A stretch of DNA of 64,000 nucleotides from Lingula anatina (taxonomy: Eukaryota > Animalia > Brachiopoda), in contig CM120649.1 in NCBI GenBank assembly GCA_051362555.1, positions 8,122,001 through 8,186,000 on the forward strand. Direction: 5' to 3'. The notes under the pieces are model-generated. The model was not told the DNA's origin and made no database searches. It worked only from the letters and a program-made list of their open reading frames with translations. Position 1 is the first letter of the stretch, and every line of letters starts with the position of its first letter. Of this stretch, positions 26,662 through 38,350 are shown in pieces. The position numbers and the translations under genes were made by a program.

Positions 26662-26718
26662 CTGTGAAAATCTGACCCTGGGAATCACGAGCTCAGCTCA
26701 GTGCGTCACAAAATGAAA
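26662..26718 (-). ncRNA. Candidate 57-nt non-coding exon downstream of SoxB1
   Basis: Long pyrimidine-rich tract TTTTCGTCTTGTCCTCTGTTTCATCATCTTTCAG| and donor CAG|GTAACA; stops in all three frames. Confidence 0.33.
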
Positions 26719-27429
26719 CTGAAAGATGATGAAACAGAGGACAAGACGAAAACACGGAACAGGCGTAGCTCTTACATAGAGTGATTATAAGCTCTATCTA
26801 TCTCGCTTGCAAATTATTCATAGTAAAGACTTAATTCAATTTAGTAAACATATAATTTGTTAATTTTTCCAAGCAGTTCATTCTCCTGACAACAAAACCC
26901 AATGTCCATATTTGCATTTCACCAGCAGTTAAAGTTTCACTTTGTCAATAAGCACTTAAATTAAGAGAGGTCCCTGTCAAGTGCCTGCAGTGGCAGGAAG
27001 AGTACAGCAGCAGAAGTAGACGCAAGGTAACTTCTACCAGAGACACGGGGAGTTTTTTTCTCTTTTGTTTTCTTTTATTTCATATTCGACAAGATATCCA
27101 CATAGGATATTTGTCTCTCAGAAATGACGTCATTGCCCAGCTAATGTCTGGTAGGGGTAGGCAAAAGTAGAAGAAGTAGAACTAATCGTAGCAGAAATAA
27201 TCGTGGTCGTCAGTTCATATGATGGCACATTTTAATCAAGAGAATATTCAGACGCAATTGCTATGATGTAACCCGCGCAATAAGAGGCAATAATAACACG
27301 AACTAGCACTGAGTATTCTAGTCCAAATATAACACAGACCAAAATGATCATTATTAAACTAAGATTACTGCTTCAACACCGACGCACTTAGTTCACGCTT
27401 CGTCCACATATTTGTTGACCACAAGAAAA

Positions 27430-27510
27430 TTGCACCGGACTTGAACCTGTTCGCTCGGACCTTTAAGCCGGTCAGTCAGTACTGACGCCTGAAACCAATG
27501 TCACGCTCCT
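27430..27510 (-). mobile_element. Possible degenerate tRNA-derived SINE head
   Basis: Minus-strand B-box GGTTCAAGTCC (27437-27447) with a weak A-box-like segment about 50 nt upstream; no cloverleaf. Confidence 0.25.
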
Positions 27511-29749
27511 GTACCCCTAATCCCTGCTCAGCAAATCATATGCACTTATATTGGAATTAGAAGTTAACAGCGTATAGTCACAGTGAAAGTTAAATTCAAT
27601 GCGATGATGGAGCTAGAAATACTGGTAAAAAGCACAGTGAAGTTTGACTGATGACAGTATGAAACGTTGAGAAGAGAAGCGGAAATAGTGACAGGCATGG
27701 TGAAATATAACTGCTGGCAGTTTTACAATGAGACAAATACACACGCGTTTATTAATATATATTTCTTTGAAGCACGTATACGTTGTGCTCATGTTTGAAT
27801 AAATTATGGATGAAATTTCGGTAAAAAAGAAAGAAGGTTAATGAAAAATACAGGTGAAACACTCACGACATAATACACAGTGATAAGCATCTCCCTCTTG
27901 ATCAGACTACATAATAACCAGAGCGCGTACATGCAATATAAATATAGAATAAAATGTATAAAAAGTTACCTGGGCCTTCAGAGACGGTTAGTGTACCCGG
28001 TAGGTCTTCTGGGATTTATTTGAAACAGTCAGCCATATCAAATAAATATAAACGTCTGGTTAAGGTACCATAAAGTCGGTTAGAACACGTGGACCAAAAC
28101 TCCTCGGAACTGACCACTGACTCGGGCCGTGGGAGCGTATATTGGACCTCAGTGTCACGAGAGCCGTCAACAGTTGCTTGGTGTTTTCGGTCGTGTAGGC
28201 TGAGCATGGCAAAGCCCCTTTGCTGACACACAAATCCCCCCATCGTTAGTCACCACTGCGAAACAATTTCACCTCGCGAACTACTCCATTTTAGACCTCT
28301 CTCTCTCTCTTTACCACTGTTGCCACGTCTTTTCCATACGCGAATTGCGCATCGTTATACAAAACGCTTCAATATAACTCGGGGACAGAACAATCAACAT
28401 GCAATGAAATGGTGGGCTTTGAAAACTAAATTACACAACTTCCATTTTCTGTGTTTCTATGCCGCTTTTCAGCGTGCTCTTTTTCTACTTATCAGCGAAC
28501 CTTTTCAGGCCTTTCAGTGCTGTAAGCATTCGCGGGCTTTCCCCTCGCTGCTAAAACTAATACGAGTTTGTTTAAGCGGTTAAAACCATTGAATTTTCTC
28601 ATTTGCTCAACTCGATGCGAAGATGAGGGTTTGGGGGCGCTGAGGTCGGGCGCTTTATTCGCCAGTGATTTTTTTCCAACCGACTGCACTGTGTCAATAC
28701 GGGTTCGGCGTTAACGTGGATTGACAGGTAGCAGAGAAACCAACACACCTGGGCAAACGCAGAGCCAGTGGCGGCCATTTTAACTGATCTGAGCCTACCA
28801 CTGAGGCGTTATATACATAATATAGTCTAATTTCAATTCCACTTCTTGGTCTTACCTATAACCATTTTAACATGTGTCCAATACTTTATATGCTAAGCAC
28901 TTTAATGAAAAATGATATCTAAAATTGTTGTCTCCATTGGAATCTAATAAACGGCCAAATAGCAAATGACCAATACATGTATATATATATATATACAAAG
29001 GGGACATATTTAGCCAGCTTGTCGTTAACATAGTAAACCGCCATAGAGGTTATTCACTAACTCGGATCAAAAAGTTCATATTAAATAACCTAGAATATGT
29101 TACGGACTGTTTTGTTTCATTATGAAGTTTTTGTTGAAGGAAAAGGGAAGTTGAGTTGATAATTCCGTGGCTGTAGTCGTCTATATTATCACCCTGCGAT
29201 TGTCCCGCCAACAAGTACTCATTTAAGTTCTAACAGTCGTCTGAAAAAGTAACACCTCAGCATTTCCTCGTTTTCACCACAAGAACTAGTCCAGGATCTC
29301 ATGCCTTCGCCCAAATCTCACCTACTTCAAAAACTTATCACATTTATTTCATATGGAATTGGATACTTATATTTGCGTTAAAAATGCAGTATTTCTGACT
29401 CAGAACACACGGAAGCCACTTATTCGCGTTTGTCATTAAATCACTGGAGTCTTAAAACAAAGTCACCGTCCCCTACAGGTATGATAATAACGATTGCTCA
29501 CCGATATTTGAGACGGACTAGATGTGATCTATATCAACGGGTGAGGGTTGACAGTGAGATCAGGTTTCAGGGCGAGGGGGGATTTCATAAATCGCATTTT
29601 TCACTTGGGCTAGTGTCATTTTAGAAGCAAGAAGGAACAGCTGTTTTAATTCTAGGTCATGGTGTTTTTGAATGATAATATTTGTAAGAAGGTAGAACTC
29701 TAGAGTGTATTTCTTTCTTTCTTTGTGTTCAATTGAAGTAATAGAAATG

Positions 29750-29752
<3 letters not shown>

Positions 29753-29791
<39 letters not shown>

Positions 29792-29802
29792 CTTCTCTCT
29801 CT
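29753..29802. repeat. (CT)n microsatellite
   Basis: Directly visible. Confidence 0.92.
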
Positions 29803-32519
29803 ACTTTAAATACAACATATTTAAAAGGTGAACACAATCAACGTCTGCGGAGAGACGCCTCGCTAATTTCAATCTACCTGGCAGGTTTTTACCTGTAACT
29901 ACTTTGAGTGAAGCAGGGCAAGACTGACTTCACGCTTCGCCTCCCAGGACGTCGAGAAGATAAATCACTCCTCGGTGCTCAATATGGCGGCGCAGGGCGC
30001 TGTACCACGGGAAAAAAACTGAACGACACGGCTCCACCGGGAACGCTTTAAACAACACAACTACATTTTCACAACAAAACCGACTTGACTTGAACCATGC
30101 TAGGATAAAAATTAACAAATTTTTAAAAACTGCTACATGACCACAAAATACTTTCGAGGACGAATGCAGAGTTTAGTTAATAGCCAGAAAGAGATATGTT
30201 CTATTTTGGTAAATTCAGATTTTATATAAAATAGAAGTTATTTCTGGTGACTGTGTTGTAACAGTTACGCCACTATCAGGTCGTTAACGTTATCATATTT
30301 GTAACACCAAGGCCCCTTATCTGTGGTAAATTTGTACTTAGATGATACCACAAATTGTACTTAAATATACAGTTTTTATGTTCGTCCAGGCGATTTTGCT
30401 TTAAGACCGCTCCTTGTGTGGAAAAGTGCTGCATCCTGATTTTTATCATCATATACTGCTGTTAATGAAAATTTCATGTGGATTTTTTTCAAATATTTCT
30501 TGACATTTCTCATGTGACAATTATAATTACATACGAAAACAGTCGTTTATATTTTTTATTTCCACCGTTAATATTATTTTCCGATCTTAAATTAGCTAGA
30601 TGTCGTCAAATTCCTTTAAAATTATGTGCTGTTTTGTTTAATTATTTTGTTCAGATAAGCAGATTAGTAGAAATTTGGTCTACTGAAATGATGTAAATCT
30701 ACCAGAAAGGAAATTAAATCAAAATCTAATTAACACATGGTGAACATTCAGAAACAGCGGTGTGCACAAATAAGCTATATATCACATTTTTGCGAATAAA
30801 TTTAAATAATTTTCCACACATATCAGAATTCGAGGTAGGAAAACAAAACAACTTCTACACAGAGCATTTTACGAAAATTCAAAACTTTATTCTTTCGTCT
30901 TCGCTTTGTCAAAAAATGAAGACGCTACGTCGTGAAAAAATCATTCTTCAAAGTCTGTCTTTTAACTAAGTTGCCATTTCTCTCTTTAATAAATGCTTTT
31001 AACTCGTACATTTACAGTCAACGCATGGTGCAAAAATGTATAGAAATATGTACAGTGGGTCTCATTTTATACATGTTTTTATAATACATGAAAAATAACA
31101 TGAAGTGAAAAATATACAGCATCCTCTGCTAATTACATCCGTGACAAACAGTTTGGGAATGCTCACAAGGCAGACACAGATAAAAAGTAAAATATGCTGA
31201 AGATTGATGGTTACAAAAATAATTATAATAACAAAAACTGCTGGAATACCTGGGAAACTGTCAATTAACCGATTCCTTAACTAACACAGCCGAGAGAAAA
31301 GTTTTTATATTATATAAAAAACGTCTAAGGCGAACGGGACGAAAACTGAACCACCACATATTTAAACTTTGAGATCCTACTTAGTCAAAATAAGGATAGC
31401 GTCCCATTTTTATTTGAATTAACGGAATGGAGATTTCCTTTCCTCGGCCTGATAACAGATCTAAAAAAACACAGTATTTCGTTTTCAAAATAATATATAT
31501 ATATATATATCATACAGCTATATATATATATCCATATATTTGTAAGTGTGGGCCCAAGATTACATGTGTCCACCCCCCTCCCCAAAAAAATCATCACCAC
31601 ACATTTTTGTGTCATGCTTAAAAAAAGACTTCTGTGATTTAGATGATGAGAAAAATACGTATATATGTAAAATAGTTTTCAAATTATATTCTGTAAAATG
31701 GGGACGTAAAGGAAAAAAACTGCCTCAGGCGCAGAGGCGAGAGAATGATGCTAACTTTCAGCGCAGTTCATGTATGAACATCTCGAGAGTTAGAGCGACA
31801 TGGTGGCACAGCTAGGTTGATATCTACGCTTGGGTGACCAGTGACTAAGATAATTAAAACAGCCGGCTTAAAAACACCTCATGCCAACAGAAGTTTTGGT
31901 CCAGATGATAAATTATTAATTTTGTTTTTAAGTGAGACGATGCTCAGTCAATTTCCACGTTTATTAGTAAGTGAACTGAGCTGCTGGTTGTATATTCGCA
32001 CTGGCAAAAATGAATTATTTTTCAGAGAATTCAAAATAAATTTACTGCTAGTCTTCACGAGGCTCACGGGGGACCTGAAGGTAGAGAGTGTGCACGGTAC
32101 CCGCCATTGCTACACCTGCGGTCCTCGTCAATGCGGTCATTTTTCTTAGCAGGTGAGAAAGACGCATCAAACAGAAATATAAAACGCCGAGAGAGAGAGC
32201 TTAGTTCTGCTTGGGAATATTGGACGAGTTCATTTGAACGTCACATCTGCCAAAATTATCTCAGAGACCACTTAGGTATACTTTCCGCTCAACTCTACCG
32301 GTTGGAGAGATTAAATCTCGTAGAGGACAATTTCAGTGTTTTTCACAAGTCCCTGCCACCTAGTCACTTCTGTCACCAGCTGTGCCACCTGTCACTTTCC
32401 CTCCCGTGTCACCTTAATTAAAAGTTACCTAACTTAATTAGGAGACAAATTAAATAGATAAAAACCGAGAAGAGACATAGCTTAACACCACAGATAATAA
32501 CGGAACATTCCATTGCAAT

Positions 32520-34578
32520 ATTCGAATGGCGTTGAATTTATTGTAACTACTTTGGTCAAAAATCCACTGTCAGTTAAACTGATGGTAAAATTGTACCCGA
32601 ACCTTACGAGTGAAAAAATAAGAAAAAATATAGGTCATCTTTCTCCATTATGCATATACGTAAACCTTTCTAGCCTACTAAATTTATAAACCCTACACGA
32701 CACAAACAAACAAAATATATAGTATTAATAATAATAATTATACAACACATGTCATTTTCAAAACGATTGACAAATATGTGGCGATGATTTTAACGGCCCT
32801 TACAGCGACCCTAAACGGCAGACGCTTTATTTGGCACCCGTTAAAATTATAATCAACAGTTAACTGGGACGTGTCATTAATTAATTGACACAAGTAACGG
32901 CGTTCTGGGAACACAGGCACATTCTAGATAATAATTAAAAAAACTAGTGAGAGACAATACAGGTCGGAGAGGAATGATAATTCTTTATATATATATTTAT
33001 AATAATGAGTATAATATTGGAATGTTTTGGGAAGTCGCTGAATGCATATCTTACTTATGCGACTACTTGCTTCACCATTAACTGGAATGCGACAAAATAA
33101 CTACATCTTAATTAAATCCCTACAGACTCAACTTATTTGTCGTATTTAATCAGGAACAACGCTCTAACACGCAGCTCTGGTTAAGTAACAAAAAGTATGC
33201 GTTGACAGAGAATTAATCTTATAATTAATAATTTCTTGGGAGGAGTCTTCGACACCGCATTGAAATTAAAAAAGAATTAAATTAATAAAAATCCATAAAT
33301 GCGTAGAACTCAACCCTACTTGTTGAAGAAATAAATGTTCATCTATTTCTATATATCCCGCACAGCAGACAGACTTATACCCTTCCTCACTCTCGCTCAT
33401 ACTTGTACTAATATCAATAGAAACGTTTTCATAGTAATAAATAAAGCATTTGTTTCCCGTTTCAAACCCCGTATAGATGTTCGATAGTTCTGTATAGAAA
33501 AACTCAATTCACTGTGAAACCCTGACCTCGGTTAACAATGAGAGCAATATAAATTCTCTATAGGAAAAATAGGTGGCAATTCTATTTGCGAACCAACTTG
33601 TCAGGCAAAGATTATTTACAAACAATGAATTGTTTGCCGCCTGTAAGTGTCACAGTAAGATGTGAAAGCCACTAAGGTCAACTTTTAAATACTGGCGGTA
33701 ATTTTGTAATCAAGTCCAAACCAAAATGGCGGAGAGAAGGGTTTGGGGAAGGTGGGATTTCACGACCATGCGTTTTGTATATTAACTACGTACATGCAGC
33801 ATGAGGAAGCTGAACTAACTTAGAAAATGTCAACTTTCAGTTGTGCAGTACTCACTACAGGAAGACACAGTCCGAGGTCTGGCCGATGAGAGTTGAAAGT
33901 CTTGTTTGAGTCACGAAGAGTCAGTTTACAGTCTTTTTTTTTTTTTTTTTTTGCAGACTTGATCGGTCTCAAGGAAAAATAACTGCAGGGATAAAACTCC
34001 CGTGTTCGGCTTTTCCGCAGTCTCCTCGCGCCATTTTGAAATGAGGTGTAACCATCAACGACTTTTTGTAGCAGTCTTTCTTTTCCTATCACGAATCGCA
34101 ATTCAAGGTCGGTTTGGACGCCTGTATAATTCCTTAGAGTTTCACAGTGCACGGCATTTAAGGGTCACACAAAAACGTCAATTCTTTTGTACAGAGTAAG
34201 TTTTTTAATTGGAAGTTTGTTTGGTCGGAGGTGCTTCAAGCTGAGCCTTAGCACGGCGTGTCTCTCTTTCTCTGGTCTGCTCAACTTTATAAAATTACTT
34301 CACAAAACTCGGTGAGTGCGTGATCTTTGGGAATTCAGTTCGCTGATTGTGCATTTCACTTCAAAAAAAGAAAATTAAATGAAAAGTCTTGGGACTGGTA
34401 ATAAAGATTGTACTGGAAATGTGATTGAAACGAGACGACTGGGCCACCGCCGAATTTTGTCTCCTCTTTCTTCTCACACAAGAACAACCACATCAGAGAA
34501 CAGATGGAGTCGTCGCAATCAACAATAACAATGATGATATTGTAAAATGGATTGTTATTGAGATTGTTGCTGTAATTG
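32520..34578 (-). other. Probable 3'UTR of SoxB1 (about 1.8-2.1 kb)
   Basis: The first minus-strand AATAAA hexamers I found after the stop are at 32826-32831 and 32537-32542; the distal one is followed by GU-rich sequence. A Pumilio element UGUAAAUA lies at 33613-33620. ATTAAA variants nearer the stop could give a shorter UTR. Confidence 0.5.
32537..32542 (-). terminator. Candidate polyadenylation signal AATAAA (alternative at 32826-32831)
   Basis: TTTATT on the + strand with a GU-rich downstream region on the minus strand. Confidence 0.45.
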
Positions 34579-35592
<1,014 letters not shown>

Positions 35593-35950
35593 TCACTTGG
35601 ATGGTGAGTCAAAGAAGTTTGACCAAAAAAAAGTTCACCAACGTGATGGCAGAGTTGAGGATGATGAGTATAATATAAATATCACAGAACTATGGGGTTG
35701 ATCTACCTGCTACTGTGCTGTTGTAGTCGTCCACCACAGTATCAATATACGTGTAGCCAGTCCTACTTAGCTAAGCTGTGCCTCTCTCCTTCCCTCTCTC
35801 TTTCTGTCTCTCTTAGTACACACAGTGAAGCTCAATAGGCCTCGTTGTCTAGCTTTCAATACGACAGGCCGGTTAATAATGGCCGGATCTCTCCGAAAGG
35901 GTCTCTTTTCAAAGTTGGGTCTCAAACCTCAGTGTACAGTCCGCTTTCCC
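35593..35950 (-). other. Probable 5'UTR of SoxB1
   Basis: No minus-strand ATG occurs between 35593 and 36045; a GA-rich tract lies at about 35782-35812. The upstream boundary is a guess. Confidence 0.55.
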
Positions 35951-35989
35951 GGTCCCAGCTCTTTCTTTACCTGTCTTACGCTCCCTGCC

Positions 35990-36150
35990 TCAGTGATTGG
36001 CACGAAAGGAACAAATAATCACCGGCTCGGCCAATCAGCGCGCGGCATTCTGACAGCCTTGATGGATGCTAATTTCACCAGAGGTGGTTGTCAATTTCAG
36101 TTCCCTGATGACGTCACTATGTACAGGTGAGACGCTGGGGGCGGGGCTTG
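35990..36150 (-). promoter_or_regulatory. SoxB1 proximal promoter
   Basis: Two oppositely oriented CCAAT boxes (35996-36000, 36031-36035), MEIS-type TGACAG (36051-36056), PBX-HOX-type TGATGGAT (36060-36067), octamer variant ATGCTAAT (36066-36073), full CRE TGACGTCA (36109-36116) and GC box GGGGGCGGGGC (36137-36147), all 400-550 bp upstream of the ATG. The TSS cannot be determined. Confidence 0.75.
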
Positions 36151-38285
36151 CAGTGAGTGAATATGTCAATGTGAAAGGGGGGGGGGGGTGCAGCTAGGTG
36201 AGTATGGTTATTTCAGCGACTTAACGTTAATGGATATGCACCGAAGGCGAGTCACATGTTCCTACTACTTTTTTAACCTAAGTGCATTGCCATAGATTTC
36301 CAACCCGATTTTAAATTATTTTATAAAGGTTCAATAGTTTAACTGTGCAAACAAGGAGAGATATTTTAAGCTTAGAAACCCGATAAAAACTGTCACTTGT
36401 GTAATACATGTACTGGTATAATTAGTTAATGTACAAGATGGCATGTTAGCTGCAGGGAATGTATGCATTTTAGAAATAACCATAATCTTTAAAAAAAGTC
36501 AGCAAGCATAACTGATTTACCTTCTTAACGCCTTATGTTTCATTTGCAAACAAGCATATGTGCATTCTAGAAAATATACCTTATCGTATGGTGATAATTC
36601 TAATCATATAATACCGCGTTGGCGCATTATTAGAACAGAAGGTGTACACAAGAGTCATTTGCATGTTTGCAAAGCAGTCTGATACCAAACTATGCACATT
36701 TAATCATAAAATGACAGCAAACTTGCTACACTCAGTTTAGATACAGAATCAAATGCCACAGCGCGGCCTGTCACACGGCTCCCGTTTAGTTAACATACTT
36801 TCGGCTTCGACGGCTTGCTGGCTGTCCAACTGCATGCCTGTCAGAGTTGAGCGTCAATAGCGAGTTTGTGTTAGGCAAACGTCGCCCGGGAGACGGCAAA
36901 CATAAGCGGAATCAAGCTCGAAGGGGCTGAGCGCGACAAATCCTAACGTGTATGCTGCGGTATGAAGATGGGCTCTCGTCAGAAGTCAGCGAGTGCAGAA
37001 AAGGACGTCCGGTTATAATATCTGACATCTTGATGTGGAAAGTGGCACTTGTTTATTATAAAAAATACACCCACACAAACGGATGTCCTTTATTTAATAT
37101 GGCACAGTGTTTACATATAGCACCAATTTCGCTCTTATTTAAAGGTTATATTTGAAAAAGTCAAGGTTTCATATGGACTTAACAGGATACTTGTCCAAAC
37201 TCTAGTTTAGCAAGGATAAGATCGAAATTGAACTTCCTGCAAAGAACACGGCACATTTATTAAAAATTATAAACATACATATTGGTGATAATTACCGAAG
37301 CAAAGCAATCAGTGTAATTGCTGTATGTCTATTCAACGTATCAAACTCAGAATATTCAGCCTGCTATCAAATATACACACAGCGCCCGTCTGGATATAAA
37401 TATAAGACGAACCCTGAACATAAAATTGATATACAGCAACAGGTCCTTGTAAAAAACAAACAAATCTCCCTCCTGCACGTGGATATAAATTTCGAAGGGG
37501 TTAAGGATAATCTACAGTGACTTATTTATCCGATTCCGTTCACTGATAAATACGTTATCGACTGTCACTGTTTCTCTGACAAAGAGTAAAATATGTTCTT
37601 TACAACAGATCGATTTATGTTCAATTTAATTTTATTTGCTTTTAGTCAATTTTAAATGAATTGATAGCCTTCAGGAAAATTCATTTTCCAAAAATTCGTC
37701 TATAATAATAGGCAGAGCAGGTCAAAAGTTATGTAACGTAATGTTGATTGTCTGGTAAGAAAACAGAAATTTACCATTGGCAAAAAAAAAGATAGATATT
37801 CAAATATCAGACGGATTAAATGGACATTAAATTAGGAACTAATTTAAGAATTATTCTTAACTTTGATAGGTATCAAATTATCTAAAATTGAATTCTGATT
37901 TGAGTAAGCACAACTGAGTAGCATTTCTAAAATTAAAATCTACACTGAATTTTAAATAAAGTTATCCGTAAAATCAATAAACAGGAGGTTCTCCCCCCTC
38001 CCCTCCCACAAATACAAACATTTTTACAGCTGTACTAAAGTTCTTTCAATGGAACATAATATCGATGTATTTGGTGCGAGCACGCCTGAGGTAAAGCAAG
38101 GACAAGAAGTGAATGGCCCCAAACCACGGTGGCCCCGGATCAATGGAAACCCTAAAGGAGAACCAGCACCGTGGTTTTGTCCCCCTTAGACGCTAGACAA
38201 AGCGAGAAGACTTCGGGAATCCCCGCTTTTTCCTCTGCCCTGCACCTATACGAGTGGCGATTCTTTTTACGAGTGAGGATGATGA

Positions 38286-38288
38286 TAT

Positions 38289-38347
<59 letters not shown>

Positions 38348-38350
38348 TTT
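38286..38350. repeat. (TATT)n microsatellite
   Basis: Directly visible, about 16 units. Confidence 0.95.

Noticed and set aside
38121-38177. 11-bp inverted repeat AAACCACGGTG / CACCGTGGTTT
   Set aside because: Too short to call a transposon or RNA structure; could be paired Runx-like sites but is unsupported.
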